Origin: Coriobacteriia bacterium
GTDB lineage: Bacteria; Actinomycetota; Coriobacteriia; Coriobacteriales; UBA8131
NCBI GenBank assembly: GCA_009776725.1
Contig: WRNE01000006.1
Span: 1,109-65,108, forward strand
Direction: 5' to 3'
DNA: 64,000 nucleotides
The notes under the pieces are model-generated. The model had not been told where the DNA came from and searched no databases. It worked only from the letters and a program-made list of their open reading frames with translations. Of the stretch, positions 38,996 through 48,435 are shown piece after piece (within the stretch, counting starts at the first letter, position 1; each line of letters opens with the position of its first letter). The translations under genes were made by a program, and so were the position numbers.

Positions 38996-39723
38996 GTACA
39001 CTTGCCCTGCTTGCCTTATCCTCATCAATGTCTTTAGGCCTATGCCTTGCCTTAGCGGTCTTTAACCATCTAGACGAATTCTCCAAACGAAGGATTACAG
39101 CCGAGTCGAAGGGCCGAATTGCTAGCTCCTTGACGCTTGGAAGCAATAGGCAGACGTTGGCTAAAGGCCAGCGCCTAAGTAAAAACCTAGAAAGGCTATA
39201 CGGGCTGCTAAAAAAAGCCCTTTCAAAGTCACAGCTTGGGCCAGCGGCATCAAGACTGCTTAGTTTTAAGAACCTACAGTCATACGACAACGAATTAGCC
39301 ATGATCATAGATATCACAGCTCTTGGGATACGTGCTGGTATGGCCTTTGACCAAGCGTTCGAGCTAGCCCTCCGCCGTCTACCTGGCCAATTGACAGGCT
39401 TGTGTCTTAGCAAACTTGATATTTGGCAAAAAGGGCTGATCTCACGTGAACAAGGCCTCCATGAACTTGAAGAGCAAATCCAAACTGTCTTATTCAGCCG
39501 TTTTTCGGCGTTGGTACTGCGGGCCCTGCATTACGGTGCGCCTATGGCCCAGCTTCTAACAGCACTATCTGTCGAAGCACGTCGGGAGATCCGGATAAGA
39601 CGCGAAGAAGAGGTGGCAAAGGCCCCAGTGAAAATGCTGATCCCAACTGGGGCTTTGATACTGCCAGCAATGCTATTGCTGGTATTAGGACCAATAATGA
39701 TCGATTTATTAGGAAACATGTAA
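38992..39723 (+). CDS. tadC: Tad inner-membrane platform protein TadC
   Basis: AGMAFDQA, YGAPMA, KAPVKMLIP...ILPA. Confidence 0.88.
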   Translation: MSTLALLALSSSMSLGLCLALAVFNHLDEFSKRRITAESKGRIASSLTLGSNRQTLAKGQRLSKNLERLYGLLKKALSKSQLGPAASRLLSFKNLQSYDNELAMIIDITALGIRAGMAFDQAFELALRRLPGQLTGLCLSKLDIWQKGLISREQGLHELEEQIQTVLFSRFSALVLRALHYGAPMAQLLTALSVEARREIRIRREEEVAKAPVKMLIPTGALILPAMLLLVLGPIMIDLLGNM

Positions 39724-39733
39724 GGAGAAAGCT

Positions 39734-39967
39734 ATGCAAATGACGAAAGAATGCTTAAAGAAGAGTTGGCTGATTGTCTGCCAAAGAATACTAGCCGTAA
39801 AGACAGGCTTGTATAGGCAGCTTAAAGACCAAAGAGGCCAAGGCACCACCGAATATGCCATTCTGGTCGGTGTGCTAGTCGTAATTGCTATATTGGCGAT
39901 TGTGGCCTTTAGACCGAAGCTGGAGCTTTTGTGGAGGTCGATAACAGATGCGATCGAGCAACTCTGA
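39734..39967 (+). CDS. flp: Flp-type major pilin
   Basis: DQRG|QGTTEYAIL class III signal with the Flp EY motif and a hydrophobic helix; 77 aa. Confidence 0.88.
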   Translation: MQMTKECLKKSWLIVCQRILAVKTGLYRQLKDQRGQGTTEYAILVGVLVVIAILAIVAFRPKLELLWRSITDAIEQL

Positions 39968-39972
39968 ATGAG

Positions 39973-40716
39973 ATGAAGAAAAGCCCACCGACAATGAAAA
40001 CCATACCCGGCCGCAAAAACCTGGTAAGGCAAGCCGATAGGGACAAGCAACAGCCAAACGAGTCCCAAGGATGGCATAGGCTAAGACTGCTCGTCATGAC
40101 TCTGATGTGCTTGATGCTGTTTGTGGCATCGATGCTCGCTTCGTTTGATTTATCGAGCCAAAAAGCACGGGCCGATGATGACGTCCGTACAGAAAACAAC
40201 GATGACGAAGCCTATTGGGGCCCCAACCAAGACATAGGCATAGACAGCAATAGCGGTGCATTGGGCAGCCCAGGCACGAACGGCCAAACAAGCCTAATGC
40301 CCAACGTTCAATTGTTGCCTGAGCTTGGGCTGCTTCCCCCTTTGGCAGATACCGACGAGAGCCATTGTCCCATCCCGATCCATGAGTACGGTACTGAGGC
40401 CAAGTTCGAGCAGGACGAGCACTTCCTCAGCTGGTCGGTGGTGTCGGAGAGGCCGCTGGCCAGCCTAGCCGAAGAAATCCTATCGTTCCTGCGTTTGGAT
40501 AGTTGGACGCTTGAAGAATATGGGTACATCGATTTGTTCAGCGAAGCCTGGTCATGCTTGGCCTCTCGCCAGATCGGCAGGCCACAATCAGATGAGACAG
40601 GAGGCGATGTTTTGATCATCACCATCTTACCGAGTAACAAGCATGAGATAGTTGGCGGCGTAAACCTAAATACCGTTCGTGTGGTTTATATGTCGTCTCG
40701 AAGTTTAGAGGAGTGA
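39973..40716 (+). CDS. Membrane-anchored hypothetical protein in the tad locus
   Basis: Basic N-terminus, one TM helix, acidic linker; start immediately after the flp stop. Confidence 0.65.
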   Translation: MKKSPPTMKTIPGRKNLVRQADRDKQQPNESQGWHRLRLLVMTLMCLMLFVASMLASFDLSSQKARADDDVRTENNDDEAYWGPNQDIGIDSNSGALGSPGTNGQTSLMPNVQLLPELGLLPPLADTDESHCPIPIHEYGTEAKFEQDEHFLSWSVVSERPLASLAEEILSFLRLDSWTLEEYGYIDLFSEAWSCLASRQIGRPQSDETGGDVLIITILPSNKHEIVGGVNLNTVRVVYMSSRSLEE

Positions 40717-40717
40717 C

Positions 40718-40954
40718 ATGAGATACCTGCAAGAACTATTTAAAAGGATAAGACGGGCTAACGCAAGTTGCAAAGGGCAGGCGACTTTTGAGTATGCTCT
40801 GGTCAGCTTGGTTTTTATAATAGTGGTTACCTGTTTTGCCGTGCTACAAAAAAGGCTAGGAGAAGGCCTGTTCGTCGATCATGCTATAAGGAGCATCTCA
40901 CATGGCGTCGGGCCAAATACAGCAGGAGTCATTGGTGATGTGCTCCTCTACTAA
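40718..40954 (+). CDS. Small Flp/TadE-like minor pilin
   Basis: KG|QATFEYAL followed by a hydrophobic helix. Confidence 0.75.
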   Translation: MRYLQELFKRIRRANASCKGQATFEYALVSLVFIIVVTCFAVLQKRLGEGLFVDHAIRSISHGVGPNTAGVIGDVLLY

Positions 40955-41588
40955 ATACAGGCACTTCCCAAAGCCTGTAAAAACAGACAGGGCATCCGTT
41001 TGTCGGCCGTATAAGGACCAAAAGCACAATTATCAGGCTAGCCCAAGCCCTCATCGTGGATGCTACTTGGCTTACAACAGCATAAGCAGGCAAGCCCAAG
41101 GCCAAAGCGGGCAGGGTACCGTTGAGGCAGCCTTGGTAATACCGGTCCTCTTCCTCTTGTTGTTGATGCTTATGCAGCCGGCAATTCTTTTCTATAACAG
41201 GATGGTCATGGAAAACGCTGCTGCTGAGACATGTCGGCTTTTAGCCACTAAGACAGATTTCAGCACTTATTCGACTGAAAAATACGAAGGCTATGTCAAA
41301 AGGCGGCTGTCGTCAATACCTCCCTTAGACATATTCCACGCATCAAGCAGCGGAAAGGCCTGGCTCATCGAGCTAAGCGGAGACGAGAACTCGTCCTATG
41401 TGACAGTCAGCATTACCAACTATTTGAAACCGCTTCCCCTGATAGGCGGAGGGGCTGCCTTGCTCGGCATGCTTGAGGACGGCTACTTGGTTCAGACTGT
41501 GGTAGTAACGATGCCGACTCAACCAAGCTGGGCAAGCCAGCCGGATGTAGGCCCACCTGGCTCTTGGCCTGGACAATGGGAGGACTAG
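40938..41588 (+). CDS. TadE-family pseudopilin
   Basis: SG|QGTVEAALVIPVLFLLLL...NAAAE..R; start uncertain. Confidence 0.85.
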   Translation: MCSSTKYRHFPKPVKTDRASVCRPYKDQKHNYQASPSPHRGCYLAYNSISRQAQGQSGQGTVEAALVIPVLFLLLLMLMQPAILFYNRMVMENAAAETCRLLATKTDFSTYSTEKYEGYVKRRLSSIPPLDIFHASSSGKAWLIELSGDENSSYVTVSITNYLKPLPLIGGGAALLGMLEDGYLVQTVVVTMPTQPSWASQPDVGPPGSWPGQWED

Positions 41589-41590
41589 GT

Positions 41591-43813
41591 ATGCATTTAT
41601 ATAGTATTGAAAACCATTGCCTAAAAAATGACAGGCATGTTGACGACGAACGGCAAAAAAAGAGCAGGTTCTTTTGGCTGGTCAACGACTCCGAAGGAGG
41701 TTATACCAGCATAGGCGTAGTTATTGCCCTAAGCTTGGTCATTACGCTGGTCTACACCTCCTCTCAGATTTATTGGTACAACTCAAGGGCAGGCGATATC
41801 CAATTTGCGGCTGATGCGGGGGTTTTAGCTGCTGAGAATATCGTAGCCGAGTTCTATGTCGTTGCCCGGGTAACAGATGCCGTGCTACTGTCTTTGACTC
41901 TTTTCGGTGTAACTGTCTTAGGGGTCTCGATAATTGTTAGCTTGATCCCATATTGCCAAGAAGCTGGTATCAAGCTAATGGAATTTGCCAAGAAAGTATT
42001 TGAGGCCCGCGACCGAATAGCTGACAACGCTATACCCGCCTTGACCAAGCTACAGAAAATACTGCCATTTGTAGCTATTGCCAATGCGGCAGTGACAGTC
42101 CAAGCGAATGCCCCCATCGGCTCGACTTATATTGGGCTGGCCTTGCTTATCCCCTTTACTGCAGATGATGTCGGAATCGAAGACGATGGCGACTTTGATT
42201 CCAAGTCTAACGAGATTGACAGTAGCAATCGAAAGGCACAAGACGAGATTCAAAAAGCAGAGGAGGCTGACCAAGACAGCAAGGAAGCATATCGGAAAGG
42301 CTGGCTTGCTGACTGTGGGGCAACAGCAGACAGCAAAAGCATGTACGAGCGCGCCCATAACCTGGCAAACCTGACAAATAATACCAGGTACGAATTAGCA
42401 GATTGGAATTTTTCATACGCGTTGGCTAGAGCAAAAAACTATTACAGTAATAGGCTGGCTAATGACACCCCAGCTAGTATGACTCCTGACGACATTACCC
42501 GGTCTGTAATGCGCAGGCTGTATTACCGGTATGCTTTGGATTTATTGGACAGTGCATATGTTTTTGACGATGGCTTAGGGAATGTGTCAATGTATTTTCC
42601 CGATCTGCCGCGAAACTCAAACGACTTCCGGAGCACAAGCATTTATCGGAATGCCCAATTTCCGCTGGATGGGTCAAATATCATACATGGCCATAACCAA
42701 TGTCCTGTCTATCTTGAAAATGGCGGAGCCGGCACTGACACCATTAGGAGCCTCGACCTAGAGCTGCATTCTGCTTGTACGACATGCAACATGACTTGGT
42801 TGGCGGTTAGCAATGTCTTTAGTCCGACGACTAACAACCAATCTGGTTTCGAATATTGGTATAGCGAGCTGGTCAAGGCTGCAAAGCAATACGAATCAGC
42901 CTCACAAGCATTGAAGACAGCCAATGAAGAGGGGCAGAGGCATGCTCAGGAGTCGATAGACGAATACGATAAAGCAATATCCATGGTAAAGGCAAAACGG
43001 GTCGACCTTCATCCCCCAGGGCGAAAGGGCTGCATTATTTTTGTTATCGCCCCTCAAAGCCTCGAGCTGCCAACGGGCTTAAGGACCCCTCTCGTCTCAC
43101 AAGGAGCCAGTCAGGCCCTGCCTCCCAGGATGGCAATATCAGCAGCAGCCCTAGCGAAAGACTGCGTAGAGGATGCCAATATATTGGCAAGCCTGCTAGA
43201 CTGCTTGAAGTCCAACAGCGAATCAGCCATCGGACAGACAGTACTAGGAGGCTTTGATTTCGTTTTAGAGGTCTGGTCGTATGCCCTGATGTTCTATGAA
43301 AAAGGGGTCGATGCCTTGACCAATGGCCTCAGACAAGCCGTTGCTAGCTCGTCCAGCAGCACTTTGACTTGGCTGGCTGACTGGGCAGCAGACGCTATCG
43401 AGGGCTCGTTGAAAAAACTGGGCATGACTCCAGTCGACCTTAGGTCACCAAAGCCATTGTTAGTTAACAGCTACCATGTGGCGATGCAGGCAGGCGACTC
43501 AAGCCTGGGCCGCACAATTGTAAATGCAAAGAACATCTATGCAGCAGTCCCTGGAAATGGATCCGGAACGCTCACGGACATGCTTTTCGATGGAATTGTT
43601 ATCGAAATTGAAACTTTTGGCTACAATCTTACAAATGACGGCTTAACGATTACGGTAATTCGGTTCGGAGAGCCAATATTCCCTGTCGAGATACCTGTCA
43701 CAGTGCAAATGCCAGAATCAATTGTCAGCTATGGCGTTGAATATGTGAGAAACACATTACGGGATATCCAAGACCATCTAGGAGGAGAAGGCCATGTCGA
43801 TATTTGGGAGTAG
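41591..43813 (+). CDS. Large TadG-like pilus-associated protein with a putative Zn-binding motif
   Basis: SEGG|YTS prepilin-like N-terminus, IQFAADAGVLAA Tad motif, coiled segments, HGHNQC...CTTC; ATG at 41591 after GGAGG. Confidence 0.75.
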   Translation: MHLYSIENHCLKNDRHVDDERQKKSRFFWLVNDSEGGYTSIGVVIALSLVITLVYTSSQIYWYNSRAGDIQFAADAGVLAAENIVAEFYVVARVTDAVLLSLTLFGVTVLGVSIIVSLIPYCQEAGIKLMEFAKKVFEARDRIADNAIPALTKLQKILPFVAIANAAVTVQANAPIGSTYIGLALLIPFTADDVGIEDDGDFDSKSNEIDSSNRKAQDEIQKAEEADQDSKEAYRKGWLADCGATADSKSMYERAHNLANLTNNTRYELADWNFSYALARAKNYYSNRLANDTPASMTPDDITRSVMRRLYYRYALDLLDSAYVFDDGLGNVSMYFPDLPRNSNDFRSTSIYRNAQFPLDGSNIIHGHNQCPVYLENGGAGTDTIRSLDLELHSACTTCNMTWLAVSNVFSPTTNNQSGFEYWYSELVKAAKQYESASQALKTANEEGQRHAQESIDEYDKAISMVKAKRVDLHPPGRKGCIIFVIAPQSLELPTGLRTPLVSQGASQALPPRMAISAAALAKDCVEDANILASLLDCLKSNSESAIGQTVLGGFDFVLEVWSYALMFYEKGVDALTNGLRQAVASSSSSTLTWLADWAADAIEGSLKKLGMTPVDLRSPKPLLVNSYHVAMQAGDSSLGRTIVNAKNIYAAVPGNGSGTLTDMLFDGIVIEIETFGYNLTNDGLTITVIRFGEPIFPVEIPVTVQMPESIVSYGVEYVRNTLRDIQDHLGGEGHVDIWE

Positions 43814-44303
43814 GCAAACTCTTAACAGGCAAGCCAAGCTGGACCAAAGAGGCCAATCCACAGTCGAGCTCGCTGTCTGCCTGCCAGTATTGCTGATCAT
43901 GATCCTATGTACCTTTAACTTTTGCTTGTACCTTTCTGCCTGTGCCCGTTTTGACCCTCTGGCAGCAGAGGCTGTTCGGACACAAGCCACTAGTCCTGGT
44001 GCTGGAGAGTTTGATATTGGCTCAAAGGAAAGCCTAGTCAGGTCCTGTTTGGTCTTAGGGATGGGCGATGACTATCACCTGTCAATTTCAGTAAGTGTCG
44101 AGACTGTCGGGTACGGAGGATTTAGCTCTTCTGAAGCAGATGGGATCTTATTGTCGTTACTACCAAGACAAGAGCGCATAACTTGTACTATGGAGTTTAT
44201 ACCTTGGGGCATACCAAGCTCGATTTTCGGAATCAGCCTTCCTAGGCTGACCCATTCGCGGGTATTCATCATTGATCCTTATCGGCCAGGTGGCTTGTTT
44301 TGA
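43794..44303 (+). CDS. TadE-family pseudopilin
   Basis: DQRG|QSTVELAVCLPVLL. Confidence 0.85.
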   Translation: MSIFGSRQTLNRQAKLDQRGQSTVELAVCLPVLLIMILCTFNFCLYLSACARFDPLAAEAVRTQATSPGAGEFDIGSKESLVRSCLVLGMGDDYHLSISVSVETVGYGGFSSSEADGILLSLLPRQERITCTMEFIPWGIPSSIFGISLPRLTHSRVFIIDPYRPGGLF

Positions 44304-44358
44304 ATAAAAGACAATCGAAAAAACATCCGACAAAAAGCCAGACAGGCCGGCAAGTAGG

Positions 44359-44934
44359 ATGAATACGAGAAAACCAGACAAGCGAAAGGACAGCATTGGC
44401 AAGCGAAACCTAACGATAGCTGTCAACTACCTTGTTATTCTGATCTTGATACTTGCCGGGCTAAAAAGCTATTCATTGGAGCCTGACCCAGAACCGGGCA
44501 TCTCGCTGGAGTCGATGCAGGATGATTACGGGCTAGCTAATAGTCAGCTTGACCCCTTGGCGATTAGTTACCCTGGCTCGGTCTTCCAGTTCTTAGCAGT
44601 AAACGACGAGAAATCAGTGATCGGTTACGCCAGCGACTTAAGCACAGGGCAAGCAGCAGCCCGTTTTATCGAGCTGCTGGAAGGCAGAGGCTGGCTTTGC
44701 TACAACATGCTTGAGGATAGCGAGGCGCTCGATCAAGCCTCAAAGATCCCAGACGACATGCCAATGCTCGACCAGTCTGAAGTCAGCAGCTCATTAGCAA
44801 GCATAAAACTGTTGACTGGCCCATTTGCTTTGATGCTGAGTTACAAGGCAGGCTCAGATGCAAATACTTGGCAGATGATGGCCCAGTTCTTCCCATCAGA
44901 TGCTTCATGCAGCTTAGTCGTTGCATTGTTCTAA
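44359..44934 (+). CDS. Membrane-anchored hypothetical protein in the tad locus
   Basis: Basic N-terminus with one TM helix; LEGRGW motif; co-oriented with the tad genes. Confidence 0.65.
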   Translation: MNTRKPDKRKDSIGKRNLTIAVNYLVILILILAGLKSYSLEPDPEPGISLESMQDDYGLANSQLDPLAISYPGSVFQFLAVNDEKSVIGYASDLSTGQAAARFIELLEGRGWLCYNMLEDSEALDQASKIPDDMPMLDQSEVSSSLASIKLLTGPFALMLSYKAGSDANTWQMMAQFFPSDASCSLVVALF

Positions 44935-44952
44935 TAATAGATTGGATAGATT

Positions 44953-45357
44953 ATGAGCAACCCAGATAGTTATAAATACTTTGATGTACGGATAGCAAAA
45001 AGACCCTTGAAACGTCTGATCGGTCTAATCAATGACGGCGCTTTGGACGGTGCTGATGCGTTGATGATAACGCACTGTAGCAGCATCCATAGCTTTGGCA
45101 TGCGCACAAGCATCGATGTGGCTTTCATAGATGCTGAAGGCAAAGTCCTACGAAGCATCCGAAGTCTGCCTCCTAGCCGCCTAGCCTCTTGTCGTGGGTC
45201 AAAAGCAGTACTGGAAAGGTACCAAGACGACAACAGCGCTTGGCTGGAGCCAGGCGACCAGCTTTTTTTATGGGAACCGACAGCCAATAGTCCGCAAAAC
45301 AAGGACGTAGATGAAAGGATACACAATGAAAATCTGTCCCCATTGCCAGAGCGTTAG
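44953..45357 (+). CDS. DUF192 family protein
   Basis: RLIGL...CSSIHSFGMRTSIDVAFID...VLE...PGD. Confidence 0.88.
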   Translation: MSNPDSYKYFDVRIAKRPLKRLIGLINDGALDGADALMITHCSSIHSFGMRTSIDVAFIDAEGKVLRSIRSLPPSRLASCRGSKAVLERYQDDNSAWLEPGDQLFLWEPTANSPQNKDVDERIHNENLSPLPER

Positions 45358-45712
45358 TTTTGACGATTTAAAAACCTGTTATGGGTGCCTAAAGCCTTTG
45401 GATATGCATTACGACGACGATCAAATACTGCTCGATACTGAAAGTGCGTCCACCTCGGCCCTTGCCATGCCAATGAAGGCAGCTGATACACACGAGCCGG
45501 CTGAAGCCTTGGCTTTGCCAGCAAACCATCCGCCAGTCGTCTCCGGAATGGCGCGCTTGCATGTCAAAATGCCCCAAGGCTACCATTACGATGTTTATCT
45601 GGAGAAGCCCGAAGGAGCAAGCATTCAAATCGGATGGGTCCCTGACTCGATGCCTGAGATAACCGATATGTCCGATTCAATTGTCGTTCCAGCAAGGCTT
45701 GTATCAGAATAA
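45326..45712 (+). CDS. Zinc-ribbon hypothetical protein
   Basis: MKICPHC...TCYGC; overlaps the end of the DUF192 gene. Confidence 0.7.
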   Translation: MKICPHCQSVSFDDLKTCYGCLKPLDMHYDDDQILLDTESASTSALAMPMKAADTHEPAEALALPANHPPVVSGMARLHVKMPQGYHYDVYLEKPEGASIQIGWVPDSMPEITDMSDSIVVPARLVSE

Positions 45713-45746
45713 TTATTGGTTTCGTTGTATACTATTCGCTCGGTGT

Positions 45747-45821
45747 GGGCGATTGGCGCAGTGGTAGCGCAGGTGCTTTACGCGCACAAGGCCAGCGGTT
45801 CGAATCCGTTATCGCCCACCA
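45747..45821 (+). tRNA. tRNA-Val(TAC)
   Basis: Acceptor stem GGGCGAT/ATCGCCC, D arm GCGC/GCGC, loop TTTACGC, GTTCGAATC, discriminator A plus CCA. Confidence 0.93.
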
Positions 45822-46114
45822 GAGACGTTTTCCACGAACCAACAAACACTTTTGACACATATAGGCCATGACTGGCAGGTAACACGGCCTAGTCTTGGCA
45901 GATAAGCCTGTTCTTGCCTGATGGGGCAGGCTTGCTTGTTCTGACAGTCCGTCTGTGTGTGCCGATCTTGCAGCAGCTGGCGTATGTGAAATAAAGATCA
46001 ATGATGTATCATATTAAATTGTGACAAGTATTACACAAAATAAAACATACTTTGGCTCGTCTAATTCATATTAAAGACGACTATATAAATACAGACATGA
46101 CTGAGGGAGCAAAT

Positions 46115-47470
46115 ATGAGAGGCTTGGCCAAGATTCTAATCTGTATCACTATGATCAATGTTTCTGCCTGTACTGTCCGTCCCAATACGAAGACGAATGG
46201 TGAGGGCAAGGACCCTGTAGAAGCCAACTTGCCCCAGTCAGACAAAGAACTATCGGAGAAATACCTTGTTAAATGCCAAGAGATAATGGGCCTGTATGGC
46301 AAGCCTGATCTCATCAGCGCAGAAGGATCAACCAATGAGATTACTGGATGCAGTTATATCAATGGTTTATGCATAGTCGATATACTTGACTTCAATGGAG
46401 ACGGAATAGAAGACCTGCTGCTCGTTTACAACAACAGCAAGCATTTTGACGAGAATATATATGGGCAATTGATACCCAGTGAATCGACCTATGAGATAGA
46501 GGTTTGGACGCTTTACGATGAAACTTTAGAACAGCTGCTGCATATACCCTTCGTGGGCAGGATAAACAGCTCCAACACTTTGTCGCAAAGCTCGGTCAAT
46601 TGTTTCATCACAGTTTTCGAGAACACTAAAGGCCTGCCAGTCGTCCAACTGTACAGTGAGGTCCCCTATCTCAGGACATACAGCTACTCTAATTACTACT
46701 ACTCCGACCAACGGTTAATAGAAGAACAGTTGGAATACCACGACCAGTCAATGTCTATTACCGACGTCGACATGAAAGACGATTCTTATATACCAGTCAC
46801 AGAAGATGCCTGGGACGAGCACAATAGCTCATACAACAAGATTTTACTGAGCGCTGTCTTGTCAAACGACGGCTTTACTTATACAGGCTTGATGAAAGTG
46901 CTCGGTATCGATATCAGACAGACAATCGAACAAACGTCGAAGGTGCTAGGCGCATTGGAAAACCAAGGGCTCGACTCGTTTGTGACTGTCGAAGAAGACT
47001 ATCTGTCCTCGTTTGTCCGCCAATTAGACAAGGCCAACAGAGAGCGTTTCACTGGCAATGAACATGCAAAACCAGCCATCACGTATTGTCTGTACGACAT
47101 CGACCGAAACGGTGTGCCAGAGCTGCTGATAAAATCCGGCGAAGCTGAAGCAGATTATTGGTATGACATTTTTGCGTTTGGCAATGGACAAACACACAGA
47201 GTCGAAAATGGCTTTTATGGAGGGCATTCGGTCTTATATGCAAACGGCGAGAGCGGCCTGCTCGTCTACGAAGCGAGCATGGGCACGTATATCGTCACTC
47301 AGTATTCTTTCTCAGACAACTCGCTGGCAGCGCAGGAACTGGCACGAGGCAATATCGGTTGGGACCAAGACTATCCTTCGCTAGACGATTTGGGCATGCC
47401 TGGTTATCAAAGGCTGAGCAATTATTATGTTCCAATAAGCGTTTTGCTTTACAACTTCAGCCTAGCTTAA
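46115..47470 (+). CDS. Lipoprotein with DxNxDG/DxDxNG calcium-binding-like motifs
   Basis: Lipobox-like VSAC after ATG 46115; DFNGDGIEDLL and DIDRNGVPELL. Confidence 0.7.
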   Translation: MRGLAKILICITMINVSACTVRPNTKTNGEGKDPVEANLPQSDKELSEKYLVKCQEIMGLYGKPDLISAEGSTNEITGCSYINGLCIVDILDFNGDGIEDLLLVYNNSKHFDENIYGQLIPSESTYEIEVWTLYDETLEQLLHIPFVGRINSSNTLSQSSVNCFITVFENTKGLPVVQLYSEVPYLRTYSYSNYYYSDQRLIEEQLEYHDQSMSITDVDMKDDSYIPVTEDAWDEHNSSYNKILLSAVLSNDGFTYTGLMKVLGIDIRQTIEQTSKVLGALENQGLDSFVTVEEDYLSSFVRQLDKANRERFTGNEHAKPAITYCLYDIDRNGVPELLIKSGEAEADYWYDIFAFGNGQTHRVENGFYGGHSVLYANGESGLLVYEASMGTYIVTQYSFSDNSLAAQELARGNIGWDQDYPSLDDLGMPGYQRLSNYYVPISVLLYNFSLA

Positions 47471-48113
47471 GCAGCATGCTTTCATCAAACTGCACTAAGG
47501 AATGTAGTTTGAGGTCTGCTATCCCATACTCAGGCCGGTCAAACATACTAGGGTCTGGAACAGCAATACACTTCATTCCGGCTGCTTTTGCAGACTGGAC
47601 CCCAGCGATCGAGTCTTCAAAAGCTAGACAGTCCAAAGCATCTACACCAAGCTTTTTGGCAGCACTTAAATAAACGTCAGGCGACGGCTTCCCGTGCATT
47701 TCGTGCATTGCCGATGCATAGACATTGATTCGTCCGCTTAAATTCAGCTTTTCCATGACCGCTTCGATCAGTACGGGATAAGAAGACGAAGCAATCGCCA
47801 GCATTAAGCCGGCCTGCTCACAAATCGAGACCGCAGCGAGGGCCCCCGACATCGCTTCTCCATATAAACCGACGTATTCGACTAGCTTGTCGTAGACTCT
47901 GTCGATCACATCCTCTCGGTCATATTCAATATGGGGATAAACCCTCGCCCAGTGTGCTGTTATATCGCGCATCATCATGCCCATGGTCGTTTTCGCCAAA
48001 TCAAGCGTCAGGGGGATGCCGACACTGTTAAAGACCTCGACCTCGGCCTGCCACCAATACTTTTCGGTATCGATCAACAGGCCGTCCATGTCAAAAATAG
48101 CTGCTTTAATCAT
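47457..48113 (-). CDS. HAD-IA phosphatase (hexitol phosphatase / beta-PGM-like)
   Basis: IFDMDGLLIDTE, ASSS, GKPSPDVY, FEDS..GV.SA. Confidence 0.9.
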   Translation of the reverse strand: MIKAAIFDMDGLLIDTEKYWWQAEVEVFNSVGIPLTLDLAKTTMGMMMRDITAHWARVYPHIEYDREDVIDRVYDKLVEYVGLYGEAMSGALAAVSICEQAGLMLAIASSSYPVLIEAVMEKLNLSGRINVYASAMHEMHGKPSPDVYLSAAKKLGVDALDCLAFEDSIAGVQSAKAAGMKCIAVPDPSMFDRPEYGIADLKLHSLVQFDESMLLKLG

Positions 48114-48201
48114 ATATACATCCTACCATGCCCTGCATACTAGACGGAGCTTGATCTTTCGTATATCATAACGACCGCTGACTATAGCAGTACTTATATG
48201 C

Positions 48202-48278
48202 GGGGTATTAGCTCAGTTGGTTAGAGTGCCGGCCTGTCAAGCCGGAGGTCGCGGGTTCAAGTCCCGTATATCCCGCCA
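48202..48278 (+). tRNA. tRNA-Asp(GTC)
   Basis: Acceptor stem GGGGTAT/ATATCCC, CCGGC-CTGTCAA-GCCGG, GTTCAAGTC, discriminator G plus CCA. Confidence 0.97.
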
Positions 48279-48287
48279 TAAAATACT

Positions 48288-48322
48288 CGCCCTGACCTGC
48301 AAATACAGTGTCAGGGCGTTTT
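48288..48322 (+). terminator. Terminator after tRNA-Asp
   Basis: CGCCCTGAC...GTCAGGGCG followed by TTTT. Confidence 0.8.
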
Positions 48323-48435
48323 AAATTAAAATACTAGTCGCAGTTTTTTGAAGTACCATAACACGAAGTATCCAGGTTTCAAATATACACTCGAATAGCT
48401 GGATCCGACTTGACAATAATGGAGGGATTTTTGAT

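Noticed and set aside
45860-45985. TGACTGGC...GCCGATC after tRNA-Val as a ZTP (pfl) riboswitch
   Set aside because: The CGCCTGGGC pseudoknot partner and the P1 pairing are missing, and the downstream gene is unrelated. The hairpins are more likely terminator-like.
22657-48322. Prophage or integrative element at any of the three tRNA genes
   Set aside because: No integrase, phage genes or duplicated tRNA 3' ends were seen.
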